This document shows positions 1 to 9,283 of a stretch of DNA of 64,000 nucleotides, piece after piece; position 1 is the first letter of the stretch, and each line of letters begins with the position of its first letter. Source of the stretch: an uncultured Candidatus Rokubacteria bacterium (GTDB taxonomy: Bacteria; Methylomirabilota; Methylomirabilia; Rokubacteriales; CSP1-6); NCBI GenBank assembly GCA_963771355.1, contig CAVYTA010000006.1, forward strand, positions 2,144,001-2,208,000. The letters are read 5' to 3'. The notes beneath the pieces were generated by a model. The model ran no database searches. It saw only the letters and a program-made list of their open reading frames with translations, and was not told where the DNA came from. Both the position numbers and the translations under genes were made by a program.

Positions 1-662
1 TCGGTGACGTAGACGAAGTCGCGCTGCTGAGTTCCGTCGCCCACCACGGTGAACGGCTTGCCGTGGAGCTTCTGGGCGAGGAAGACTCCGAACACCGCGC
101 CGTAGGCGCCGGTGGTCTTCACGCGGGGCCCATACACGTTGAACATCCGGATCGAGATCACCGGCAGCCCGTAGACCTGGCCCCAGTGGAGTGCCGCGCA
201 CTCGCCGAGATACTTGCTCAGGGCATAGGGATACTCGGGCTTGATGGCGGCCGCCTCGGTGGTGGGCAGCTCGGCGGCGAGGCCATAGCACGAGGACGAA
301 GCGGCGTACACGAGCTTGCGCACGCGGGCGTGCCGAGCCGCTTCCAGCACCGCGAGCGTGCCGTTGACGTTGGCCCGCATGTAGTCCAGCGGGCGCTCGA
401 TGGACGGTACGATGTCGCCGATGCCGCCGAAGTGGAAGACGTAGTCCACCCCCTTGAAGAGCGGGGAGTCGGGGGGGAGCGTGACCATGTCCACGGGGCC
501 GTCGAACCGCACCCGGGGGTTGCCGCGGTGCTGCGCGAGGTTCTCCTCACGGCCGCCCACGAGGTTGTCGATCACGGCCACCTCGAAGCCCCGGTCCACC
601 AGGAGGTCCACCACATGGCTCCCGATGAACCCGGCCCCTCCGGTGACGACGGCGCGCGGCAT
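1..662 (-). CDS. NAD-dependent epimerase/dehydratase (extended SDR), 3' end runs off the window
   Basis: Translated by hand (not in ORF track): MPRAVVTGGAGFIGSH (Rossmann motif), YALSK (YxxxK), GDGTQQRDFVYV. Confidence 0.9.
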   Translation of the reverse strand, partial: MPRAVVTGGAGFIGSHVVDLLVDRGFEVAVIDNLVGGREENLAQHRGNPRVRFDGPVDMVTLPPDSPLFKGVDYVFHFGGIGDIVPSIERPLDYMRANVNGTLAVLEAARHARVRKLVYAASSSCYGLAAELPTTEAAAIKPEYPYALSKYLGECAALHWGQVYGLPVISIRMFNVYGPRVKTTGAYGAVFGVFLAQKLHGKPFTVVGDGTQQRDFVYVT

Positions 663-665
663 CGC

Positions 666-1677
666 TCAGGCCAGGCCCGAAGCCTGGATGGTCTTGACGT
701 TGTAGTAGCGGATGTCGTCCTTCGGATTGGGGACCTTGCCCGCGCGGAAGGCCGCACACAGGTCTCGGACAGCGTCCTCGATCGTCCGCTGGGGCGTCCA
801 GCCGAGCTCGCGCTTGATCTTGTCCGACGACACGTGGTACGAGCGCAGGTCGTTGCTCGGCGAGGTCTCCACCGTGATGGGGGCCAGCTCCGGCATCTCC
901 TGCTCCACGATCGTGCGCACGATCTCGCCCAGCTGCGCCACGGTGTGGTTCTGGTACGCCGCGTTGAAGGTCTTCCCCGCGATCATGTCCGCCGGCGTGG
1001 ACAGGAGCTCCACGTAGAGATCGGTGATGTCCTCGATGTGGATGTTCGGCCGCTTCTGGGTGCCGCCGAAGATGGTGATCCGCCGCTGGGTCACCGCCAG
1101 ACTGGTGAGGATGTTCACGGTGAGGTCCAGCCGCAGCCGCGGCGAGTATCCGCACACGGTGGCCGGCCGGATGATGACGGTGGTGAAGGTGGGGACCTGG
1201 TAGCGGAGCAGGATGGGCTCGCACATGCCCTTGTACTTGTTGTAGTCGGTCAGCGGGACGAGCGGGTGGTCCTCGGTGACGTCGGGCGCGTCGCTCACCC
1301 CGTACACGCTCGAGGTAGACGCGTAGATGAACCGCCGCACACCCACCTGCCGCGACTCCGCCACCAGCGGCTCGAAGCAGTCGTAGTTGATGGAGCGGCT
1401 CAGCGTCGGGATTCAGCTCGAAGCTCGGGTCGTTCGAGATGCAGGCGAGGTGGATGACCGCGTCCACGTCCCGGAGGCTCTTCTTGACCGCCGCCGCATT
1501 GCGCAAGTCGCCCTTGACCAGCTCCAGCTTCGGATGCGGTGGCAGCACGTCCTCGCCGAAGAGGAAGAGATCGATCACGCGGACCCGGAACCCCCGGGCC
1601 AGGAGCTTCGGCACCAGGACGGCGCCGACGTACCCGCCGCCTCCGGTGACCAGCACTGTCTTCCCGTCGCTTGCCAT
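666..1677 (-). pseudogene. NAD-dependent epimerase/dehydratase split by a 1-nt frameshift near 1404-1410 (real lesion or sequencing error)
   Basis: N-half TGGGGYVG...ISNDPSFELNP in ORF 547..1677; C-half ...SRSINYDCFEPLV...YNKYK in the frame of ORF 666..1364; removing one base joins them. Confidence 0.8.
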
Positions 1678-1678
1678 C

Positions 1679-2404
1679 TCAGGCTCCCCGCGCCACGGAC
1701 TCTCGCTTGACGTAGATCGCCCACCATACCCGGGCGATGGTCCGCAGCGCCTTCAGGATGTTCGTGATCGACACGGCCTTCGATCGGCCATGGGCCCGCT
1801 CCACGTGGGTGAGGCCCACCTCCACGCTGCTATGGCCGGCATGGAGCGCATGGATCAGCATCTGGGTCAGGAAGTAGAACCCGCCCTCCGTCTTGGGGAG
1901 CGCACGGGCCAGCGCGATCGGATAGATGCACGGTCCCTGGTAGTAGCGCATCTGGAGGCCGAAGAGCACGTTCACCAGCCCGGTGGAGGCCCAGGTCAGG
2001 AAGCGGCGGTGGAGCTGGCGGGCCCGCGGATTCTGGTGATAGGGCGCCACGATGTCCGCGCGCCCGACCGCGGCGAGGATGTCCCGCACCGACCCGCGGT
2101 CGATCTCGCCGTCGCCGGCAAGAAAGCTGAAGTGGTCCAGCTTCGCCTCGTCCAGCGCACGCTCGTAGGCGGCGGCGATGCCCAGGTTGCGCGGCTGGTG
2201 CAAGGCGCGCACCCGCGGATTCTCCTGAGCCAGCCGATCGGCCAGCTCGCGCGTCCCGTCCGTGCTGCCATCGTTCACGACGAGGATCTCGTACTCCGCC
2301 AGCACGCCGTCCGCGGCCCATACGATGTCGGCCACCGCCCGCTCGAGATTGTCCACCTCGTTGAAGGCGGGCAGGAACACCGAGACGCGTCGCAGGGGCT
2401 CCAT
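1679..2404 (-). CDS. Glycosyltransferase family 2 (DPM1-like)
   Basis: VFLPAFNE, VVNDGSTDGT, NLGIAAA, RAHGRSK motifs. Confidence 0.9.
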   Translation of the reverse strand: MEPLRRVSVFLPAFNEVDNLERAVADIVWAADGVLAEYEILVVNDGSTDGTRELADRLAQENPRVRALHQPRNLGIAAAYERALDEAKLDHFSFLAGDGEIDRGSVRDILAAVGRADIVAPYHQNPRARQLHRRFLTWASTGLVNVLFGLQMRYYQGPCIYPIALARALPKTEGGFYFLTQMLIHALHAGHSSVEVGLTHVERAHGRSKAVSITNILKALRTIARVWWAIYVKRESVARGA

Positions 2405-2405
2405 G

Positions 2406-3440
2406 TCAGTAGGGCCCCGCGAACGTGGCCTGCACGTCGGCCACGCCCTTCCCCGCCGACGTGCCCGCCTTGAGCACCTCGAGACAGGCCCGGGCGATGG
2501 TGAGCGGGTTCGGATGGAAGGCGTCCTCCAGCGGCCGGGAGACCGGCGCGGGGGAGTCCGGCGGCGTCACCCGGCGCACCGGCGCCTTCAGGTACGGGAA
2601 GGCCTTCTCCGCCGCCACCGCCGCCACCTCGGCGGACACGCCGCAGAGCGCCCAGCTCGTGTCGGCGACGACAAGCCGCCCGGTTTTTCTCAAGGACCGG
2701 ACGATGATCTCGTCGTCGAGGGGCCGGATGCTGCGGAGGTCGATGACCTCCGCGTCCACGCCCTGCTCGGCGAGGAGCTTGGCCGCGCGGAGGGCCTCAT
2801 AGGCCATGAGCGAGACGCCGACGATGGTGATGTCCTTGCCCGCCCGCGTCACCGCGCCCTTGCCGAAGGGGATGGGCTCGAGCCCCTCGGGCACCTCACC
2901 CTCGAGCTCGTACAGCGCGCGGTTCTCCAGCAGCACCACCGGCCCCGTGCCCTGCAGCGCGCTCACCAGGAGCCCCTTGGCGTCGGCGGGCGTCGCCGGC
3001 GTCGCCACGTAGAGGCCGGGGAAATGGGCGAAGGTCGCCTGGAGGCTCTGGGAGTGCGTGGCCCCCTGGCCCCAGCCGCGGCCCACGATGCCGCGCAGCA
3101 CGATCGGCACGCCGGACCCGTTCGCGAACATGTAGCGCCACTTGGCGGCGAGGTTCGCGAGCTGATCCATGCAGAGGAACATGAAGTCGTTCCGCGGGTG
3201 CACGACGAGGGGCCGCTTGCCCATGGCGGCCGCGCCGATGGCGATGCCGGTCATGGCGTTCTCGCCGTTGGGGATGTCGAAGACGCGGGCGTCGCCGAAG
3301 CGGCGGTGCGCCTCGAACGTGGTCCCGAAGATGCCCTTGAAGTCGTCGACCCCGATGCCGGCCACGAAGATGCTGGGATCGGCCTCCATGCACTGGACCG
3401 TGGCCTCGCTGATCGCCGCCCCGTAGCTGAGTCGTCGCAT
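2406..3440 (-). CDS. TPP-dependent 2-oxoacid dehydrogenase E1 beta-like subunit
   Basis: RVFDIPNGE, GATHSQS, EVIDLRSIRPLD, transketolase C-terminal pattern. Confidence 0.9.
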   Translation of the reverse strand: MRRLSYGAAISEATVQCMEADPSIFVAGIGVDDFKGIFGTTFEAHRRFGDARVFDIPNGENAMTGIAIGAAAMGKRPLVVHPRNDFMFLCMDQLANLAAKWRYMFANGSGVPIVLRGIVGRGWGQGATHSQSLQATFAHFPGLYVATPATPADAKGLLVSALQGTGPVVLLENRALYELEGEVPEGLEPIPFGKGAVTRAGKDITIVGVSLMAYEALRAAKLLAEQGVDAEVIDLRSIRPLDDEIIVRSLRKTGRLVVADTSWALCGVSAEVAAVAAEKAFPYLKAPVRRVTPPDSPAPVSRPLEDAFHPNPLTIARACLEVLKAGTSAGKGVADVQATFAGPY

Positions 3441-3449
3441 GCGGCGCTC

Positions 3450-4412
3450 CTAGTACGTGCCCAGCGTGAGGTCTTCGACCGCCGGGAAGGGCGCCGCCTT
3501 GGCGGCAACCACCGCGCGATCCACCTCGGCCTGGCTGGCGCGCGTCATGGCCTCGACCTCCGCGGGGGTGCAGGCCCCGGTGCGGACCAGCCGCGTGGTG
3601 GCCCGCTCGATCGGGCAGCGCGCGATCCACGAATCCACTTCCGCCTTGCTGCGGTAGCCCTTGTCGTAGTCCCAGAGCGGCCCCACGTGCTCGCGCCAGC
3701 GATACGTCGTGCACTCGAGAAAGGCCGGACCCGCGCCGGTCCGACAGGCCGCCACCGCCTCGCGGGCGGCCTCGTACACCGCGAAGACATCGTTGCCGTC
3801 GACCAAGCACGAGGACAGGCCGTAGGAGGCGGCGCGCGCGTGGATGGAGACGCCGGCCGGCTGGCGCACGTCCAGGCGCGTATGGGTCGAGTAGCCGTTG
3901 TTCTCGCACACGAAGAGCACGGGGAGCTTCTTCACCACTGCGAAGTTGAGCGTCTCGTGGAAGATGCCCTCCTCCACGGTGCCGTCACCGAAGAAGGTCA
4001 CTGCCACGCGGTCCTGCCCGTCCATGGTGAAGGCCAGCGCCGAGCCCGCCGCCACCGCCATGGTCTGGCCCAGGATGGCCGACGACGCGATGACCCCGGC
4101 GTCGAGGTCCGACAGGTGCACCGAGCCGCCGCGGCCACGCGCGGAGCCCGTCTCCTTGCCGTAGAGCTCCGCCACCATCGCGTCGAGGTCGCCGCCCTTG
4201 GCGAGGTAGTGCGCGTGGCAGCGATGGCCGCTGTAGACGGCGTCGGTGCGACGAAGCGCAGCGCACACGCCCACCGCCACGGCCTCCTGGCCGATGGAGA
4301 AGTGCGTCGGCGTCCGCATTTCCTGGGCCGGGTACAGCTCGGCGAGCGTCTCTTCCGTCCGCCGGATACGGATCATCTCTCGGAGTAGGTGCCGCTCGAC
4401 TTCCATGGTCAT
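3450..4412 (-). CDS. TPP-dependent 2-oxoacid dehydrogenase E1 alpha-like subunit
   Basis: HFSIGQEA, GRGGSVH, TPP motif GDG...ENN, TYRWREH. Confidence 0.9.
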   Translation of the reverse strand: MTMEVERHLLREMIRIRRTEETLAELYPAQEMRTPTHFSIGQEAVAVGVCAALRRTDAVYSGHRCHAHYLAKGGDLDAMVAELYGKETGSARGRGGSVHLSDLDAGVIASSAILGQTMAVAAGSALAFTMDGQDRVAVTFFGDGTVEEGIFHETLNFAVVKKLPVLFVCENNGYSTHTRLDVRQPAGVSIHARAASYGLSSCLVDGNDVFAVYEAAREAVAACRTGAGPAFLECTTYRWREHVGPLWDYDKGYRSKAEVDSWIARCPIERATTRLVRTGACTPAEVEAMTRASQAEVDRAVVAAKAAPFPAVEDLTLGTY

Positions 4413-4636
4413 CGTCCTCGTCCTGACTTCCTGGCTTTGAGCGGCATGCCGATGGCCAGCCGTCCGGCGTCAGCCGGATGGCATTCTTGGTCACAACGAG
4501 CCCGTCCGGGGCCTCCGGAGAGGGCCACCCAGCTCCGGGTCAACCATCAAGAAGCCCGCCACGTCGCTAGTTTAGCACCCGCCCCGGACCGGAGACGGCA
4601 AACCCCGCGTCCGGCCCGGGGCACACGAGGAGAGGC

Positions 4637-4652
4637 TGCAGGAGCTATGCCA
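4637..4652 (-). promoter_or_regulatory. Candidate sigma-54 (-24/-12) promoter for the nucleotide-sugar operon
   Basis: Minus strand reads TGGCATAGCTCCTGCA, with GG-N10-GC spacing. Confidence 0.45.
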
Positions 4653-4743
4653 GGGCCCTCGACAGGAGAGCGAAGTTGGGGCACAGTCTCCCCACACCGG
4701 AGCTGAGCCAGAGCTGACCCAGAGCCCCGAAGGAGCCGGCCCC

Positions 4744-6069
4744 ATGAGCGATTCCTCCGTCTTTTCCCGCCGCACGCCGGGCACCCGGCATCCCGAGATC
4801 GTCCGGGGCGAGGGGTCCTATCTCTACGATCGTGACGGCAAGAAGTATCTCGACGCGGCCGGCGGCGCGCTGGTCGTCTCGGTGGGGCATGGGGTGCCGG
4901 AGATCGCGGACGCCGCGCGCGAGCAGCTGGGGCGCCTCGCCTACGTGCACGGCTCCGAGTTCACCTCACCTGCCGTCGAGACCCTGGCGCGTGAGATGGC
5001 CCGGCGCGTGCCGATGGACGACGCGCGGCTGTACCTGGTGTCGGGGGGCAGCGAAGCCACCGAGACCGCCATCAAGCTGGCGCGAACCGTCCAGCTCGCC
5101 CGCGGCGCCGCCGGGCGCTACAAGGTGATCTATCGCTGGCCGTCCTATCACGGCGCCTCGCTGGGCGCGCTGGCCGTCTCCGGCCGGCCCCGACTGCGCG
5201 GCCAGTTCGCGCCCATGCTGACCGCCTATCCCCATGTGCCCGCGCCGTATCCGTACCGGTGCACCCTGCGCGGCTGCGGGGAGGTCTGCTCCCTCGCCTG
5301 CGCGGAGGCGCTCGACGCCCTCATCCGCGCCGAGGGGCCGGACTCGGTGTCCGCCTTCATCGCGGAGCCGGTGGTGGGCGCCTCCGCGGGCGCCGTCGTG
5401 CCTCCACCCGGCTACTACGAGACGGTGCGCGAGATCTGTGACCGTCACGGCGTGCTCTTCATCGCCGACGAGGTGATGAGCGGGATGGGCCGCACCGGCC
5501 GGTGGTTCGGCATCGAGCACTGGCCCGGCGTCCGGCCCGACATCGTCACCTGCGGCAAGGGCGTGACCAGCGGCTATGTCCCGGGCGGCGCGGTGCTCGT
5601 GCGCGGCGAGCTGGCGGACGCGGTGAACCGGGCCGGCGGCTTCCCGCACGGCTTCACCTACAGCCATCATCCGGTGGTGGCGGCGGTGGGACTCGCGGTG
5701 CTCAACTACGTGGAGAAGCACGATCTCGTCGCGCGCGCGGCGGCGGCCGGGGCCAAGCTCCTCAAGCGGCTGGATGGGCTGCTCGACCTCCCCGCGGTGG
5801 GCGAGGTGCGGGGACGGGGCCTGCTCACCGCGGTGGAGATCGTCGCCGACCGCGAACGCCGGGAGTCGTATCCGGGCGGGGAGAAGATGGCCGAGCGCAT
5901 CCAGCACGAGGCGATGCGCCGGGGCGTCGTGGTGTATGCCTCCGGCGGCCAGGACCGCGGCCAGGGTGACCTCCTTCTGCTGGGGCCGCCCTTCACCATC
6001 AGCGACGCGGAGATCGAGGAGGCCGTCGGCACGCTCGGCGATGCCATCTCCGCGGTCACTCGCGCCTGA
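4744..6069 (+). CDS. Class III PLP-dependent aminotransferase
   Basis: SGGSEATE, SYHGAS, FIADEVMSGMGRTG, DIVTCGKG (PLP lysine), HGFTYS. Confidence 0.92.
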   Translation: MSDSSVFSRRTPGTRHPEIVRGEGSYLYDRDGKKYLDAAGGALVVSVGHGVPEIADAAREQLGRLAYVHGSEFTSPAVETLAREMARRVPMDDARLYLVSGGSEATETAIKLARTVQLARGAAGRYKVIYRWPSYHGASLGALAVSGRPRLRGQFAPMLTAYPHVPAPYPYRCTLRGCGEVCSLACAEALDALIRAEGPDSVSAFIAEPVVGASAGAVVPPPGYYETVREICDRHGVLFIADEVMSGMGRTGRWFGIEHWPGVRPDIVTCGKGVTSGYVPGGAVLVRGELADAVNRAGGFPHGFTYSHHPVVAAVGLAVLNYVEKHDLVARAAAAGAKLLKRLDGLLDLPAVGEVRGRGLLTAVEIVADRERRESYPGGEKMAERIQHEAMRRGVVVYASGGQDRGQGDLLLLGPPFTISDAEIEEAVGTLGDAISAVTRA

Positions 6070-6077
6070 GGAGCGCC

Positions 6078-6446
6078 ATGGACGATTCCGCCGCTCCCGA
6101 GACCATCGGCGTCGCGCAGGTCTTCGATCTCCACGCCCTCAAGGCCTTCGCGCCCGACCGGCGCGTGCGCAGGATGCTCTTCAAGACCGATCAGCTCTGG
6201 TCGGAGATCGCCTGCTATGAGCCGGGCCAGTCCACCGTCATGCACCAGCATCCCCGCGAGGAGGAGGCGATCTACGTCCTCGAGGGGCGCGCGAACATGA
6301 GCATCGACGGACACGAAGTGGTCGTCCCCGCCGGCGCCATCGTCAAGTTCCCCGCCGCGGTGCCCCACGATGTCCGCAACCTGGGGACCGAGCGCTGCGT
6401 GATCATGTTCCTCAAGGTCAACCCCAAGGTGCTCAAGCACCCTTGA
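6078..6446 (+). CDS. Cupin domain protein
   Basis: HQHPREEEAIYVLEG and PAAVPHDVRN cupin metal motifs. Confidence 0.88.
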   Translation: MDDSAAPETIGVAQVFDLHALKAFAPDRRVRRMLFKTDQLWSEIACYEPGQSTVMHQHPREEEAIYVLEGRANMSIDGHEVVVPAGAIVKFPAAVPHDVRNLGTERCVIMFLKVNPKVLKHP

Positions 6447-6517
6447 CTTGGGCGCGGCCGGATCCGTATCGTCGGACCAGCCGTGACCGCCACCGAGTGA
6501 GCGAGAGGAGAGCCTCC

Positions 6518-7201
6518 ATGAGCAGCGCGACCCCGTTTCGCACCCAGCTCGAGGACGCCGTGAATGCCCGCCATAGTCGCATCAATCCCTTCACCGAGAA
6601 GTGGGTCAATGGCGAGCTGACTCGTGCCCAGCTCGGCGCCTGGGTCTGCCAGCATTACCAGTACGTGTCGCAGTTCGCGCGCTGGTGCGCCACCATCTAC
6701 GGCAACTGCCCGGATTCGGACGCGCGCGACTTCCTGCTCGAGAACATCATCGAGGAGGAATCCGGCACCAAGCACGTGGACCTCCTCATCCGCTTCGGCG
6801 AGGCCTGCGGGGTGAGCCGCGCCGAGGTCGAGCGTACGCGCCAGCTTCCCAGCACCCGCGGGCTCACCGCCTGGTGCTACGAGACGTCCCGGAAGCCCTT
6901 CCATCTGGCGGCGGCCGGACTCCTGGTGGGGCTCGAGTCCCAGGTCCCCGGCATCTACAAGCGCAATCTCCCTCCGCTCCGCACGCATTACGGCTTCACC
7001 GATCACGAGGTGGAATTCTTCGCCATCCACATCGACGCGGACGAGGTGCATGGCGAGCGCGGCTATCAGATCGTGGAGCGCCACTGCCCCACCCCCGAGC
7101 GGCAGGCCGACGCCACCGATACCGTCCGCCAGGCCACCGAGATGCGCTGGCAGTACATGAGCGGCCTTCACCGCGCGTTTGTCCTGAAGGACGACCTCTA
7201 G
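6518..7201 (+). CDS. Heme-oxygenase-like diiron protein (CADD/PqqC/TenA family)
   Basis: ATG at 6518 after GAGGAG; ENIIEEESGTKH, LESQ and HIDADEVH give the E/H/E/H/D/H diiron ligand set. Confidence 0.85.
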   Translation: MSSATPFRTQLEDAVNARHSRINPFTEKWVNGELTRAQLGAWVCQHYQYVSQFARWCATIYGNCPDSDARDFLLENIIEEESGTKHVDLLIRFGEACGVSRAEVERTRQLPSTRGLTAWCYETSRKPFHLAAAGLLVGLESQVPGIYKRNLPPLRTHYGFTDHEVEFFAIHIDADEVHGERGYQIVERHCPTPERQADATDTVRQATEMRWQYMSGLHRAFVLKDDL

Positions 7202-7203
7202 GC

Positions 7204-7527
7204 GTGACCGGGGCCCGGGAAGTCCGGGTCGCCGCCCTCGCGGACCTCGCCGCCGGAGCCCTCCGGCCGGTGGAAGTCGACGGCACCCGCATCGTGCTGG
7301 TCCGCGTGGGGGACGCCGTGCACGCCTGTGGTGGCGTGTGTCCCCACCGCGGGGGATGGCTCAGCGAGGGCAAGCTCTCCGGCATGCGGCTGGCCTGCCC
7401 GCTGCACGGCTGGATCTTCGACATCCGCAGCGGCCAGTGCCTCTTCCCGGGACGCGGCGCCCGCGTGTCGTCCTATCGTGTCCGCATCGATGGCGACAGT
7501 GTCTTCGTGGAGGTACCCGCGCCATGA
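7204..7527 (+). CDS. Rieske [2Fe-2S] ferredoxin
   Basis: GTG start 2 nt after the upstream stop; CPHRGG and CPLHGWIFD motifs. Confidence 0.9.
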   Translation: MTGAREVRVAALADLAAGALRPVEVDGTRIVLVRVGDAVHACGGVCPHRGGWLSEGKLSGMRLACPLHGWIFDIRSGQCLFPGRGARVSSYRVRIDGDSVFVEVPAP

Positions 7528-7970
7528 TCACCGTGAAGCGGCTCACCCTCGAGGACGCCAAGGTGCTGCTCGCGGCGGCCGAGGCCAAGGCCCGCGAGAT
7601 CAACGTGACCGAGACCATCTGCGTCTGCGACGACGGTGGGCACCCCATCGCGCTGCACCGGATGACGGGAGCCCGGCTCACCGGAGTCGAGATCGCCATC
7701 GCCAAGGCCTTCACCGCGGCCGGCCACCGGCGCCCCACCCACCGCTTCAACGAGCCGCCGGCGGGCCCCGCGCTCCCCGGCAATGAAGCCTTCGGCATCC
7801 ATGCCATGCACCCGGGCAAGTTCGCCATCTTCGTGGGCGGCTTCCCCATCGAGGTGGACGGCGAGGTGGTCGGCGGCATCGGGGTGAGCGGGGGCAACGG
7901 CGAGCAGGACATCGCGGTCGCCACCGCCGCGCTGGGGGCCTTTCAGGCCTCGCTCAAGCCCCGGCCATGA
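7524..7970 (+). CDS. GlcG/HbpS heme-binding protein (DUF336)
   Basis: ATGA overlap; IAIAKAFTA and GGFPIEVDGEVVGGIGVSGG. Confidence 0.88.
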   Translation: MITVKRLTLEDAKVLLAAAEAKAREINVTETICVCDDGGHPIALHRMTGARLTGVEIAIAKAFTAAGHRRPTHRFNEPPAGPALPGNEAFGIHAMHPGKFAIFVGGFPIEVDGEVVGGIGVSGGNGEQDIAVATAALGAFQASLKPRP

Positions 7971-8022
7971 CGGGAAAGGCCCAGTGCCTCCCCCGCGCCG
8001 CTACGAAGCAGTCCGGCAAAGA

Positions 8023-8051
8023 TTGGTGGCGGCCCGCCCGCCCCGTATGAT
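8023..8051 (+). promoter_or_regulatory. Candidate sigma-70 promoter giving a leaderless mRNA
   Basis: TTGGTG-N17-TATGAT, then 6 nt to GTG at 8058; no Shine-Dalgarno. Confidence 0.5.
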
Positions 8052-8057
8052 GGCGGC

Positions 8058-8843
8058 GTGAGCGTCCTGACCCGAGTTTGGAACGCGATACGCCGTCCCC
8101 GGCGGACGGTCTCGAGCGTGGAGCTGCTCCAGCGCGCGGAGCGCTGCCGGCGCGAGGGCCGCTTCGAGGAGGGGGCCGCGCTGGTTCGCGAGGCGCTCGG
8201 CCGGGAGCCGCGCAGCACCCTGGCCCATCTCCTCGCCGGGTATCTCCATGCCGCTCTCCGCGATCCCCAGGCCGCCGGCGCCGCCTTCCGCGCCGCCCTG
8301 GCGCTGGACCCCGAGCACCCGCGCGCCATGCTGGGGCTGGCCCGGATCGCCCTCGAGGGGGGCGATGCCGGGGCCTGCCGGCAGCTCCTGGAACGCTCGC
8401 TCCGGGTCTACCCGGACTTCCCCGAGGCCCATGCGCTGCTCGACGCGGTGGGCGCGGTGCCCAGTGTCTCGGCGCCGGAGACGCCCACCGCCGCCCCCGC
8501 CATGGCGCGGCTCAGCCTGGTGCCCCGGCCCGAGGGCAGCCGGGAGTGCTTCCTGATGCACCCCGACGGAAGCCTGGTCTTCGCGCATCCCGCCACCGCG
8601 ACGCGTGAGGCCCTCGGCGCCCACCTCGCGCGCGTGGTGAGTCTGGCCGGCGCCACGCTCGCCCGCGCCGGGCTCGGACCGCTGCGGCACGGCGCGGTGG
8701 CCGCCAATCCCGGCACCACCTTTGTCGAGGCCGACGCGCGCCTCATCCTCGCGCTCACCCTCCCCCCGGAGGTGCCGGTGGCCGAGGGCCAGCGGCAGGC
8801 CACCGAGCTGTGGAAGCGCTTTGTTGCGGCGGGGGCCGCTTGA
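8058..8843 (+). CDS. TPR protein with C-terminal degenerate roadblock-like domain
   Basis: TPR helices (ALGREPRSTLAH, ALALDPEHPRAMLGLA, YPDFPEAH); C-terminal CFLMHPDGSLV...AGLGPLRHG resembles roadblock/LC7. Confidence 0.65.
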   Translation: MSVLTRVWNAIRRPRRTVSSVELLQRAERCRREGRFEEGAALVREALGREPRSTLAHLLAGYLHAALRDPQAAGAAFRAALALDPEHPRAMLGLARIALEGGDAGACRQLLERSLRVYPDFPEAHALLDAVGAVPSVSAPETPTAAPAMARLSLVPRPEGSRECFLMHPDGSLVFAHPATATREALGAHLARVVSLAGATLARAGLGPLRHGAVAANPGTTFVEADARLILALTLPPEVPVAEGQRQATELWKRFVAAGAA

Positions 8844-9277
8844 CCTCGGAGGCCCGGGCCCCCGCCGGGGTCCCGCCGGGAGGGGTGCCCTCACGCGCGG
8901 CCGCCGTCCGCAGCATCCTGGGCGAGGTGGCCAAGATTGCCGGGGTCCGGGGCGGACTCCTCATCGCCTCCGACGGCTTCGTGATCGCGTCGACGCTGCC
9001 CGCCGAGGTCGCGGTGGATCCCCTGGCCGCGCTCGCCACCACCCTGGGCCGTGAGCTGGAGCTCGGCACCGGTCGGTTGAATCGGGGCAGCTTCTCGAGC
9101 GCCTTCTTCTCGGCGGACGAGGGCAGCGTCTTTCTCGGGCCGAGCCCGCTCGGATTCGTGCTCGTGCTGATGGAGCGCGGTGGCGAGCTGGGGACGGTAC
9201 GCGGAGAGTTCCGGAAGGCGCTGGATACCCTGCATGCCGCCTGGCGCGCGGGCGATCACACCGGCAGCAAGCTCTAG
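8840..9277 (+). CDS. Roadblock/LC7 (MglB/MglC-like) protein
   Basis: TTG start overlapping upstream TGA; IAGVRGGLLIASDGFVIAS, LAALATTLG. Confidence 0.8.
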   Translation: MTSEARAPAGVPPGGVPSRAAAVRSILGEVAKIAGVRGGLLIASDGFVIASTLPAEVAVDPLAALATTLGRELELGTGRLNRGSFSSAFFSADEGSVFLGPSPLGFVLVLMERGGELGTVRGEFRKALDTLHAAWRAGDHTGSKL

Positions 9278-9283
9278 CGCGAG

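Noticed and set aside
4594..4640. GGCAAACC resembling a c-di-GMP-I riboswitch
   Set aside because: The GNRA-capped P2 stem and the downstream GCAAAG-type element are not evident
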